From: Burkholderiales bacterium
GTDB taxonomy: Bacteria; Pseudomonadota; Gammaproteobacteria; Burkholderiales; SG8-41
DNA: 64,000 nt
Reading direction: 5' to 3'
Assembly (NCBI GenBank): GCA_035456985.1
Contig: DATICE010000162.1
Location: 56,075 to 120,074 of the forward strand
Under the pieces are notes generated by a model. The model did no database searches. It saw nothing but the letters and a program-made list of their open reading frames with translations, and was not told where the DNA came from. The first letter of the stretch is position 1, and every line of letters begins with the position of its first letter. Both the position numbers and the translations under genes were made by a program. Positions 18,505-28,542 of this stretch are shown here, in pieces.

Positions 18505-18539
18505 GTTACTCGTCACTCGTCATTCGTAACTCGTCACTG
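18505..18539. repeat. Five tandem heptamers GTTACTC GTCACTC GTCATTC GTAACTC GTCACTG overlapping the stop codon of the EamA gene
   Basis: Read directly. On the sense (minus) strand it is CAGTGAC GAGTTAC GAATGAC GAGTGAC GAGTAAC. Confidence 0.9.
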
Positions 18540-19430
18540 CACTTTGGCGCGGCGCAACTGGCTCAGTGCGATCCCGGCAAGGATCAGCAGCAGTCCCGAA
18601 TAAGCGTTCGCGCCGGGCTCCTCCCCCAGCAAAGCCACGCCGATCAGAAGGGCGACGACCGGGATACAGTAGTTGATCAGCGACATGAAGGTGGGCCCCG
18701 CAGATGCGACGAGCTTCAAATGCACGAGGGTCGCGATGGCCGTCGGGCCGATGCCGATCCAGAGGAGAATCGAAACCGCGTCCCAGCCGGGATCGAGCTG
18801 CCACGGCTGGTCCACCGCCAGTGCGACCGGCACGCTGATCACTGCGGCAATCGCAATGATTGCGGCCGAAGCGACCATGACTTCTCCCTTGAGGGTCACG
18901 CGGATGATCACGCCGTTCGCCGCGTAGCACACTGCGCCCGCCAGCACCGCGAGCTGGGCCAGCACCTCGATCGGCGAGCCGCCCAGGCCCGCCAGAGCCG
19001 CCGGCCCCATGAGCACGACGATGCCCCCGAAGCCCAGCAGGAAGCCGAGCACGCGATCACGGGTCATGTGCTCGCCCGCGACAAAGAGATGCGCGAGCAG
19101 CAGCGTCGTGAGCGGCATGATCGCCATGAGGATGCCGGCGAGCGCGCTGTCGATGGACTTCTGACCCCAGGTGATGAACCAGAACGGCAGGCAATTGCCC
19201 ACGAATGCGAGCACGACGTACGGCATCCACGCGCGGCCGACCGGCGGAAAGGTGTAGCCCATCGCACGGATCACTGCGACCAGGATCACCGCACCGATTA
19301 CGAGCCGCGTCGCGACGAGCGTCGCCGGCGGCACGTGCGCGACGCCGAGCTTGATGAACATGAAGTTCGAGCCCCACAGCGCAACCAGCGCCGCGAGCAT
19401 GGCCCAGTCCTTCAGCGCGCGCGCCGCCAT
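18534..19430 (-). CDS. DMT-superfamily (EamA-like) transporter
   Basis: 298-aa, roughly 10-TM hydrophobic ORF with two EamA-type halves. It begins 4 nt after the multicopper oxidase stop. Confidence 0.8.
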   Translation of the reverse strand: MAARALKDWAMLAALVALWGSNFMFIKLGVAHVPPATLVATRLVIGAVILVAVIRAMGYTFPPVGRAWMPYVVLAFVGNCLPFWFITWGQKSIDSALAGILMAIMPLTTLLLAHLFVAGEHMTRDRVLGFLLGFGGIVVLMGPAALAGLGGSPIEVLAQLAVLAGAVCYAANGVIIRVTLKGEVMVASAAIIAIAAVISVPVALAVDQPWQLDPGWDAVSILLWIGIGPTAIATLVHLKLVASAGPTFMSLINYCIPVVALLIGVALLGEEPGANAYSGLLLILAGIALSQLRRAKVQ

Positions 19431-19434
19431 TCGT

Positions 19435-20847
19435 CTAGGCGACGCGCAACATGGCCATCATGCCCCCCGCCTGGTGCGACAGGATGTGACAATGGAACAT
19501 CCAGTCGCCCGGATTGTCGGCAACGAATGCGATATCCACCCGCTCGCGCGGCGCGAGCAGCGCCGTGTCGCGCCATTCGCGATGAGGCGTCTCCACGCCG
19601 TCACGGGCGATGATCCGGAACGCGTGGCCGTGAAGATGGATCGGGTGCGGCCATGCGGTGTCGTTCTTCAGGGAGAGCACGTAGTGGCCGTTGCGCTTGA
19701 GCGTCAGCGCTGGCCGGTGCGCATGCTCCTTGACCGCGACACCGTTGATCGTCCACGCAAGGTGGTGCTGCCGCACCAGCGCGCCGAGCGGCACCCGCTC
19801 CCCCTCGAACTGTGCCTCGCGCAACCCGCCCATGGCGCCGCCCTCAAACAGCATCTCGTGCCGCCCGGCCCGCGCCACGTCGGGCTCGGCCAGCGGATTG
19901 GGCGCGAGCGCGATCGGGTCCGCGGGCGGACGCGCGCGCAGCGGCGGCTCCGCGCTGTAGTCGAGCGCCATCAGGCGCGACTCGCCGCGGGGGTTGACTT
20001 CGTCCATCACCAGATGGCGCGAGCCCGGAGGCTGCAGGCAGTCGAGCACGAGATCCGCCCGCATCCCCGGCGCAAGCTCGATCAGTCCGCGCTCGGGCGC
20101 ATGCGGCTCGACCGGCTGGCCGTCGAGCGCGATGACGCGCGGCTCGTGGCTGTTGAAGCGCAACAGGAAGATGCGCGCCACCGCGGTGTTGACAAGCCGC
20201 AGCCGGATGCGTTCGCCGCTACGCACCCCAAACGCGCCGTCCTTCAGCGTGAACCGGCCGTTCACGGTGACGGTGTTGCCGATGCGCCCGCCGTGCGTGA
20301 GATCGAACAGGCTGTTGAAGTCCTCGCGCTGGGATGCGTCGGGGTTCAACCGGAAATCCGACAGCACCCATGTCACGTCCCGGTCCACCCGGATGGAATC
20401 GCGCTCTTCCACGATGAGCACGCCGTAGAGCCCGCGCGCGACCTGCTCGTAGCCCGCGAGATGGGGGTGATACCAGTAGGTACCGGCATCCGGCAGCGCA
20501 AACTCGTAGACGAACTCGGCGCCCGACTCGATCGGGGGCTGCGTGACCTGCGGGACTCCGTCCATCCGGTTCGGCACCCGCACCCCGTGCCAGTGCACGG
20601 TGGTCGGCTGCGGCAGCCGGTTGGCGACCACGATGCGCGCCGTGTCGCCCTGGCGGAATCGCAGCTCCGGAGCCGGCACCGCTCCGTTGTAGCTCCACAC
20701 TTCCGTCTGCGGATACTCGGCGGGAACGAGCTGCTGGCGCGCGACGCCCGCGGTAAGCGTCACCGAGGCCGCACGCGCAGATGCGCACCACGGTGCCGCC
20801 GCCAGGGCAGCAAGGCTTTTCAATGCGGCGCGGCGGGTGACTTTCAT
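19435..20847 (-). CDS. Multicopper oxidase, Tat-exported
   Basis: Copper-site motifs HWHGVRVP, YWYHPH, HPIHLHGH and HCHILSHQAGGMM. Twin-arginine signal MKVTRRAALKSLAALAAAPW. I trimmed the start to ATG 20847. Confidence 0.85.
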   Translation of the reverse strand: MKVTRRAALKSLAALAAAPWCASARAASVTLTAGVARQQLVPAEYPQTEVWSYNGAVPAPELRFRQGDTARIVVANRLPQPTTVHWHGVRVPNRMDGVPQVTQPPIESGAEFVYEFALPDAGTYWYHPHLAGYEQVARGLYGVLIVEERDSIRVDRDVTWVLSDFRLNPDASQREDFNSLFDLTHGGRIGNTVTVNGRFTLKDGAFGVRSGERIRLRLVNTAVARIFLLRFNSHEPRVIALDGQPVEPHAPERGLIELAPGMRADLVLDCLQPPGSRHLVMDEVNPRGESRLMALDYSAEPPLRARPPADPIALAPNPLAEPDVARAGRHEMLFEGGAMGGLREAQFEGERVPLGALVRQHHLAWTINGVAVKEHAHRPALTLKRNGHYVLSLKNDTAWPHPIHLHGHAFRIIARDGVETPHREWRDTALLAPRERVDIAFVADNPGDWMFHCHILSHQAGGMMAMLRVA

Positions 20848-20881
20848 CGGGAACCTTGCAAGCATATCATCGGGACTTGGC

Positions 20882-21556
20882 ATGGCAGAGAATTTCATGC
20901 GGCGGCAAGTTGCATGCGTTGCGGCGCTGGCTGCGTTCGCCGTCCTGTCGGTTGCCCGCGCGCCGGCGCAGCAGTTTCAGCCAGTCCCTCCGCCCGCCGC
21001 CGGCCGTAGCGCGCTTCCCGCCGGGCCGTTGCCCGGGATCGGGCTGCTGTCGGAACTGCGCAAAGGCGGCTATATCATCTACTTCCGCCACACTTCCACG
21101 GATTTCTCCCGCGATGACTCGCGCTCGCGCAGCGATGATGACTGTGACAACCAGCGTCCATTGACCGACAGAGGACGGGACGAAGCCAGGCAGATCGGGG
21201 CCGCGTTCAAAGAGCTGAAAATCCCCGTTGAGAAAGTCCTGGCGAGCCCGCGCTGCCGGACGATGGAAACCGCGCTGCTCGCATTTGGCCGCGCTGACAA
21301 GGCACGCGAGGTGCGCGGCGGGCCGGCCGCTCCTGAAAACCCCGACCGCTACGCCGGTTTGCGCCAGCTGCTCTCAACAACCGTCAAGCCCGGCGCAAAC
21401 CTGGTGATCTCGAGCCATGGCAATCCCTTCTATGCCACGGCTGGAGCGCCCTACCTCGATGAAGGCGAAGCGGCGGTCATCAGGCCCCTGGGAAAGGACT
21501 TCGAGATCGTGGCGCGAGTCAAGCACAATGCCTGGCGCGCGTTGGCAAAGAACTGA
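20882..21556 (+). CDS. Histidine phosphatase family protein (secreted)
   Basis: Signal peptide (VACVAALAAFAVLSVARAPAQQ) followed by GGYIIYFRHTSTDFSRDD (RHx catalytic motif) and ISSHGNP. The start is 20882 or 20897. Confidence 0.7.
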   Translation: MAENFMRRQVACVAALAAFAVLSVARAPAQQFQPVPPPAAGRSALPAGPLPGIGLLSELRKGGYIIYFRHTSTDFSRDDSRSRSDDDCDNQRPLTDRGRDEARQIGAAFKELKIPVEKVLASPRCRTMETALLAFGRADKAREVRGGPAAPENPDRYAGLRQLLSTTVKPGANLVISSHGNPFYATAGAPYLDEGEAAVIRPLGKDFEIVARVKHNAWRALAKN

Positions 21557-21594
21557 TCTGGCTGCACATAAGATTAGCTCGTCCGGCGTGCGGT

Positions 21595-22125
21595 TCAGGC
21601 GGTGAGCTGCCTGACCATCTCATCGACATGTTTCAGCGTGAGCGCACGCATCTCCTCGCGCGTGAGGTTGCTCACCGGGTGCGGCAACTCGATGAACGCG
21701 TGGCCGTCCATGCCCTTGCTGCGAAACTGATAGACCGCCGCATTCCTGAACGCCTGAGTGAGGAACATCGTAGCGGGTATGCCGCGCTTCTCGAACTCCA
21801 CCGTGTCGTGCACACTGCACAACGTGCACGACCCTCATCCGCCGAGGGCGGCCGCGGCCACCTGTACCTCCCGCGCCATCTCGTTTAGCAGTTTTTCGGT
21901 CGCGGGGCGGGAAAACGCCTCCTTGCGCCGGATGATGACCTTGGCCACACCGTAGCGGTCGCGCAAGACGTCTGCAACAGTCTCGAAAATAACGTCGGCC
22001 TGCTCCTTGGTATTGTCGAGCAGCCCCACGACCTTGCCGGAGAGGTCCATCGGTCGCGGAGCCAGTGCGATTCCTGTCCTCGCCCCGCCGGCGGTGGGGT
22101 CAATGAATCCCGGTTCACCCGTCAT
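21595..22125 (-). CDS. Putative selenoprotein with U-G-S-C motif (in-frame UGA at 21837..21835 read as selenocysteine); 176 aa
   Basis: Track ORFs 21835..22125 and 21595..21822 share one frame and are separated by a single TGA plus 4 sense codons. The joined product reads ..VQVAAAALGG-U-GSCTLCSVHDTVEFEKRGIP... A SECIS-like hairpin follows the UGA directly. Confidence 0.7.
21805..21832 (-). promoter_or_regulatory. Candidate bacterial SECIS element
   Basis: The mRNA reads UGA-GG-GUCGUGCAC-GUUGUGCAGU-GUGCACGAC. This is a perfect 9-bp stem starting 2 nt after the UGA. The loop can extend by G.U, U.G and U-A pairs to a GUGC tetraloop. Confidence 0.6.
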
Positions 22126-22143
22126 CGGAATCTCCTTCCGCCT

Positions 22144-23172
22144 TCACACTTCGTAGGTGCCATGCACCGCCCGGCTGGTCTCGTTCCAGCCGTGGCATAT
22201 GGCGGTGATCGGGCCTTCGCCGCCCGCGACGATGAGATGCAGCCGCTGCGGGACTTTCACGGCCCTGATCAATGCACTGTCGTCGTCCGGGTCGATGCCC
22301 ATATGCCGCGCCCTTTCCGGCCGCCAGTTGCCCCCGTGCTTCAAGCTCACCTGCGGCCGCACCGCGAGCTCGCTCAGGCGCTTCACGACATCGGCGCGGC
22401 TCATACCGGCGTCGGCGCACAGTCGCGCATGTTGCGGGCTCATGGCGACGACCATGTCCGAGACGAACCACATGTTCCAGGAGCCGGGCGCGGTCATCGC
22501 GTCGCCGATGCCCCTCAGCAGCCGCTCGGGCTCCGTGCTGACGTCATCGAAATGCAGCCGCGGGTTCTCCGCCATGGAGCACGTTATCACGTTGTCCTGC
22601 GGCAAGTAGCCGCGCGAGACCGCCAGACTCTCCCACGGGCTCTTCTCCATGTTCTCGGTGAGGCATGCGGTGTAACGAATAGGCGAGCTGAAGACGGTCG
22701 CGGACGCCTTGCCCGAAATCCCGCCACCGAGGTTCAGGAGCATCAGCCGGATGGCTCGCCCGATGCTCGCGTTGGCACGGAAGCCTGGCCCGAAGCAGCC
22801 GTTGCCGCCATGCAGCCCGATCTTCTGCGCGTACGGTCCATTCACGATCATGAGGGGGGCAACGCCGTGCATCGTGCATTGCACGCCGCCCATGTTGAAC
22901 TCTTCGCGGATGATCTGACTGACGCCGCCCAGCACCACCGGCAGGTACTCCGGCTTGCAGCCCGCCATCAACGCATGGATGGCGACCGCGCGCACCGTGG
23001 CCACTTCCATCGCAGGTGGAATGGGGCCGACCACTTCCTCGGGATCACGGCGCGTGCCGGCGAGCATCCGCTTCAGGCGCGCTTCGGTGGGGGTCACGAC
23101 GGGCAGGCCGTCGGACCATTCTTTCTCGAGAAAAAACTCGAACTCGTCCACCACCGCAGACGATCCAGTCAC
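22144..23172 (-). CDS. Conserved-looking protein of unknown function (342 aa)
   Basis: Host-typical codon usage and a full-length ORF (EFEFFLEKEWSDGLPVVTPTEARL..GVQCTMHGVAPLMIVNGP..GNGCFGPGFRANASIGRAIRL). I recognise no family. There are 18-nt gaps to both neighbours. Confidence 0.6.
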   Translation of the reverse strand: MTGSSAVVDEFEFFLEKEWSDGLPVVTPTEARLKRMLAGTRRDPEEVVGPIPPAMEVATVRAVAIHALMAGCKPEYLPVVLGGVSQIIREEFNMGGVQCTMHGVAPLMIVNGPYAQKIGLHGGNGCFGPGFRANASIGRAIRLMLLNLGGGISGKASATVFSSPIRYTACLTENMEKSPWESLAVSRGYLPQDNVITCSMAENPRLHFDDVSTEPERLLRGIGDAMTAPGSWNMWFVSDMVVAMSPQHARLCADAGMSRADVVKRLSELAVRPQVSLKHGGNWRPERARHMGIDPDDDSALIRAVKVPQRLHLIVAGGEGPITAICHGWNETSRAVHGTYEV

Positions 23173-23190
23173 GCCGTCACCCCGTTACCG

Positions 23191-24537
23191 TCATAGCGCA
23201 AAGTCGAGCGTGCTGAAGTCGGCTATTTTCTCGGTCTCCGCCAGCCGGGAAAACAGCCGTTCGGCCTTCGCGCGGTCGCGGTGCGCCGTCAACGTGAGGA
23301 ATTTCTCGAGCAACTCGCTGCGCGTCAGCGGCATCGTGGGCGTGCCCTTGAAGTCATGCCCCTCGGCGGTGAGCGCCTGGCCGTTCGTCAATTTGAGCGT
23401 AAGGCGGCTCGCCGATGACGAGTAGCCGGGCGCGGATTTCAACAGCTCGACTTGCGCGCCCTTGGCGAGCGCGCGGATTTTCGGGTCGTTGAGGGTCGCC
23501 TCGGAGAACGTTCGCGGGTCGAGCGGATCCTTGTACAGCGCGACGGCCACGCTGAAGGGCACGCTGTATTGCATCATCGTGAGGTCCCGCGGCTCGTTGA
23601 TGGCGTGCTGGGTCACCACCTTCTCGCCGCCGGAGATCGCGATTCCTGCGACGTCGTCTCCCGAAAGCTTGTGCTTCTGCTTGAGATCCAGCGCGAGCGT
23701 CACCGGCACCTGCGCGGTCGAGTGGCAGGCGTAGCGCTTGATCTTGGTCTTCATCACGTGCCAGACGGAGCCGAGGTCCTGCGTGAGCCGCGCCGGCTGC
23801 GCGTCCCGGCAGAACACGTTGAGAATTCCGAATTTCCCGTCCAGCACTCCCGCCGGACCAGTATAGCCGTCGCGCGCCAGCACCGCGGCCATGAAGCCGC
23901 CTTCCGCGGCGCGGCCGAGATGGAGGCGCTTCACCATGCCGCCCGTCGCGGAGAATTCCATCAACCCCGAGCTCAGCGAGCCGGCGATGCCGAACGCATT
24001 GGCCATTTTTTGCGCGTCCAGGTCGAAGAGCCTCCCCACCACCGCGGCGGTGCCGAAGACGCCCACGACGCCCGGGGAATGGAAGCCCACTTTCTCGATC
24101 GAGTGATTCGCCGCGTGCCCGATGCGGTAGAGCACTTCGAAACCCGCGACGTACGCGGATAGCAGCGCCTTGCCGGAGAGCTTGCGGCCCTGCGCGGGCG
24201 CAAGGCCCGGCACGGCGAGTGCCGCGCTCGGATGGATGCCGACGCTCGGCTCGACCAGGGCGTCCAGCTCGAACGCATGGGCCGCGGCACCGTTGCACAG
24301 GCAGGCGAATGGCGCGCGCACCTTGACGGGCGTGCCGAACACGCTGCACTCGCCCGGCGCGCTGTTGCGGCTGGCGTACTCGACCACGGTCCGGCTCCAG
24401 GGCAGCTGCGACCCGTAAACGCAGGCGCCGACGGTATCGATGATGCAGTCCTTTGCGCGCTCGATCACCTCCGGCGGAATCCGGTCCCACGTGAGGCCGA
24501 CAGCAAAATCCGCCAGCCTCTGCGATGCTTCTGTCAT
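23191..24537 (-). CDS. MmgE/PrpD-family protein (2-methylcitrate dehydratase-like)
   Basis: Starting at ATG 24537 it reads MTEASQRLADFAVGLTWDRIPPEVIERAKDCIIDTVGACVYGS, with PrpD-type helical domains throughout. I trimmed the track ORF (to 24615) because it overlaps the purB start. Confidence 0.8.
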   Translation of the reverse strand: MTEASQRLADFAVGLTWDRIPPEVIERAKDCIIDTVGACVYGSQLPWSRTVVEYASRNSAPGECSVFGTPVKVRAPFACLCNGAAAHAFELDALVEPSVGIHPSAALAVPGLAPAQGRKLSGKALLSAYVAGFEVLYRIGHAANHSIEKVGFHSPGVVGVFGTAAVVGRLFDLDAQKMANAFGIAGSLSSGLMEFSATGGMVKRLHLGRAAEGGFMAAVLARDGYTGPAGVLDGKFGILNVFCRDAQPARLTQDLGSVWHVMKTKIKRYACHSTAQVPVTLALDLKQKHKLSGDDVAGIAISGGEKVVTQHAINEPRDLTMMQYSVPFSVAVALYKDPLDPRTFSEATLNDPKIRALAKGAQVELLKSAPGYSSSASRLTLKLTNGQALTAEGHDFKGTPTMPLTRSELLEKFLTLTAHRDRAKAERLFSRLAETEKIADFSTLDFAL

Positions 24538-24583
24538 GATTTTTGTCTCCAGATGGCGGCTGGGGACGCCGCGCTTTTGGTAA

Positions 24584-25966
<1,383 letters not shown>

Positions 25967-25989
25967 CCGCAATACCTCCCGCCGCTGCA

Positions 25990-26520
25990 ATGGCGCGCGT
26001 CCCGCTCATCGACGAACACGCCACGCCAGAAATCGCCGCGCTCGCCGCGAAGATCCGCGGGGCCCGCGGCGGCCAGCTGCATGTCTTCTACCAGGCGCTG
26101 CTGCACACGCCAGCTCTCGCTTCCGCGTGGTTCGAATTCAACAACGCGGTGCGGTTCCGCACCGGCCTCGGCGACCGTGTGCGGGAGCTCGCGATCATGC
26201 GCGTCGCGGCCCTGACCGGCTGCGACTACGTCTGGCGAGTCCACCAGGCACAGTACGCGGCCCCCGCCGGCGTTACGCCGCGCGAAGTCGAGGCCCTGCG
26301 CGACTGGCGCAAGTCGGGCGTCTTCGGCGCGCGCGAGAGCGCGCTGCTCGCGTACGTGGATGCCATGACGAGGGACGTGGCGGTCCCCGACGCCGTTTTT
26401 GGCGAGATGAGCGGGCATTTCAGCGCGCGCGAGACGGTGGAAGTGACGGTGCTCGTCGGCGCTTACAACATGCAGACGCGCGTGCTGAGGGCACTCGACC
26501 TCGACCCCGAGAAAACGTGA
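25990..26520 (+). CDS. Carboxymuconolactone decarboxylase (AhpD-like) family protein
   Basis: 176-aa ORF with the CMD-family pattern (LHTPALASAWFEFNNAVRF..RELAIMRVAALTGCDYVWRVH). Confidence 0.7.
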   Translation: MARVPLIDEHATPEIAALAAKIRGARGGQLHVFYQALLHTPALASAWFEFNNAVRFRTGLGDRVRELAIMRVAALTGCDYVWRVHQAQYAAPAGVTPREVEALRDWRKSGVFGARESALLAYVDAMTRDVAVPDAVFGEMSGHFSARETVEVTVLVGAYNMQTRVLRALDLDPEKT

Positions 26521-27590
26521 TCGTTGTTGTCGAAGACGACCCTTTCCCGCGGCTGCTCCAGGTGATCCTGGACCCGGCGGCGCCCGCCGCGCGCGTCGCC
26601 GCGTTCTCGCATTTCTTCGCGCACGAGCTGCCGGACTTCAGCGGATGGTGTGAGCGGCTGCGCGCGCACCTCAAGCGCCTCCATCCTGCTGAGGTGCGGC
26701 TCGTCCCCGACCAGGAGGCAATGCTCGCAGCAATGCCCGGCGCAACGGTCGTTGTTGCGGAATCGCTCGCCGTGGGGAAGCGCGAAATCGCGGCCGCGGG
26801 CGGCAAGCTGCGCGCCGTGCACAAGTACGGCACCGTGCTGTCGAACATCGATCTCGCCGCCTGCAAGCGCGCGCGCGTCCGGGTGCTCACCGTGCGGCGC
26901 CGCGCGAATATTTCCTGCGCCGAGCACGCACTGGCGCTGATGCTCGCGCTTGCGCGCAAGATTCACGAGACTGCCGGCCTGGTGAGCGCCGAGCAGCTCA
27001 CGGCTGCGGGCTATTCGCCCACCCGGTATGACCGCGCGCACACCGCTAACGCGAACTGGGGCCGCGTCACCGGCACGCGCAACCTGCATGGCAGGCAGCT
27101 CGGCATCGTCGGACTGGGGGAGATCGGGCGCGAGCTTGCAATCCGCGCGGCGGCGTTCGGGATGCGCATCGTCTACACCCAGCGCCACCGCCTGTCCCGG
27201 CAGGAGGAAGCGCGTTACCACGCGACCTACGCGCGGCTCGACAAGCTGCTGGCGGAGAGCGATTTTGTCGGTCTGCACCTGCCCATGAACGACGCCACCC
27301 GCGGCATCATCGGGGCACGCGAGCTCGGATTGATCAAGCCGGGCGCGATTCTCGTCAACGTCTCGCGGCCCCCGCTGGTGGACCGCGAAGCGCTGCTCGA
27401 GGCCCTGCGCAGCGGGAGGCTGGGCGGGCTCGGCCTCGATCCCCATTACGACGCGCCGGGGCGCGCCGATGATCCCCTGCTCGGTTTCCGCAACGTGATC
27501 GTGACCCCCCACCTCGCGGCGGCGCCCCGCTACAATTCGCTGGATGACTTCGAGGAGATGCTGCTTGGCATTGATCGCGCGCTGCGCTGA
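26517..27590 (+). CDS. D-isomer-specific 2-hydroxyacid dehydrogenase family, NAD-binding
   Basis: Motifs GRQLGIVGLGEIGRELAIRAAAFGMRI, NVSRPPLVD and VIVTPHLAA. I trimmed the start to GTG 26517 (GTGA overlap with the previous stop). The track ORF from 26127 overlaps the CMD gene. Confidence 0.8.
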   Translation: MIVVVEDDPFPRLLQVILDPAAPAARVAAFSHFFAHELPDFSGWCERLRAHLKRLHPAEVRLVPDQEAMLAAMPGATVVVAESLAVGKREIAAAGGKLRAVHKYGTVLSNIDLAACKRARVRVLTVRRRANISCAEHALALMLALARKIHETAGLVSAEQLTAAGYSPTRYDRAHTANANWGRVTGTRNLHGRQLGIVGLGEIGRELAIRAAAFGMRIVYTQRHRLSRQEEARYHATYARLDKLLAESDFVGLHLPMNDATRGIIGARELGLIKPGAILVNVSRPPLVDREALLEALRSGRLGGLGLDPHYDAPGRADDPLLGFRNVIVTPHLAAAPRYNSLDDFEEMLLGIDRALR

Positions 27591-28542
27591 GATCGCCATC
27601 GGCCTTCTGGTTCTGGCAGGCACGATGCAGGCGCAGGCGCAGCAATATCCGACGCGGCCGGTGCGCTTCATTGTTCCGTTCCCGCCGGGAACAACGACCG
27701 ACGTCGTGGCGCGGCTCGTCGGGCAGCGGATCGGCGAGCGCCTCGGCCAGCCCATCGTGGTCGACAACCGCTCCGGCGCGAGCGGCACGATCGGGGTGGA
27801 AACGGTGGCGCGCGCCGCGCCCGACGGCTACACGTGGGGGCTCGGCACGACGACCACCCACGCGCTGGCTCACATTCTCAGCCCGAAACTTGCGTATGAC
27901 CCGGTACGGGACTTCGCGCCGGTCGCGCTGCTCGGCGACTCACCCTACTTCCTGACCACCAACCCCGCACTGCCGGCATCCAATTTGAAGGAATTCATCG
28001 CCTACGCGCATGCCAATCCAGGCAAGCTGCTTTACGCTTCCGTCGGCAACTTCAGCCTCGGGCACCTCTCCGGCGAGCTGCTCAAGAAAGTGGCGGGAAT
28101 CGACATGGTCCACGTGCCCTACAAGGGATCCACGCTGGCGCTGATAGACCTGCTGGCCGGCCGCATCCAGCTGAACATCAGCACCATCGCGGCGTCGCTG
28201 CCGCAGGTCAAGGCCGGCAAGCTGCACGCGCTCGCGGTCACCAGCCAGAAGCGCGTTCCGGTGCTGCCCCGGACCCCGACCGTCGCGGAATCGGGGTTCC
28301 CCGGCTACCGGGCGTCGCTATGGGTGGGCGTATTCGTGCCTGCACGCACACCCGGCACGGTGGTCGGTCGGCTCAACCGGGAGTTCAACTCCACTCTGGG
28401 TTCGGCCGAAATGCGCGAGGCGCTCGTCGCCCAGGCGTTCGAGCCCGGCGCCCTCGCCCCCGAGGCCTTCGTCACGCTGATCCGGGAAGAAACGGCGCGC
28501 TGGCGCAAAGTCATTGCGGACGCCGGTCTCAAGCCGGAATAG
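27544..28542 (+). CDS. Bug-family TTT periplasmic substrate-binding protein
   Basis: 332-aa ORF with a signal peptide followed by AQQYPTRPVRFIVPFPPGTTTD. The start is uncertain because it overlaps the upstream gene by 47 nt. Confidence 0.85.
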   Translation: MTSRRCCLALIARCAEIAIGLLVLAGTMQAQAQQYPTRPVRFIVPFPPGTTTDVVARLVGQRIGERLGQPIVVDNRSGASGTIGVETVARAAPDGYTWGLGTTTTHALAHILSPKLAYDPVRDFAPVALLGDSPYFLTTNPALPASNLKEFIAYAHANPGKLLYASVGNFSLGHLSGELLKKVAGIDMVHVPYKGSTLALIDLLAGRIQLNISTIAASLPQVKAGKLHALAVTSQKRVPVLPRTPTVAESGFPGYRASLWVGVFVPARTPGTVVGRLNREFNSTLGSAEMREALVAQAFEPGALAPEAFVTLIREETARWRKVIADAGLKPE

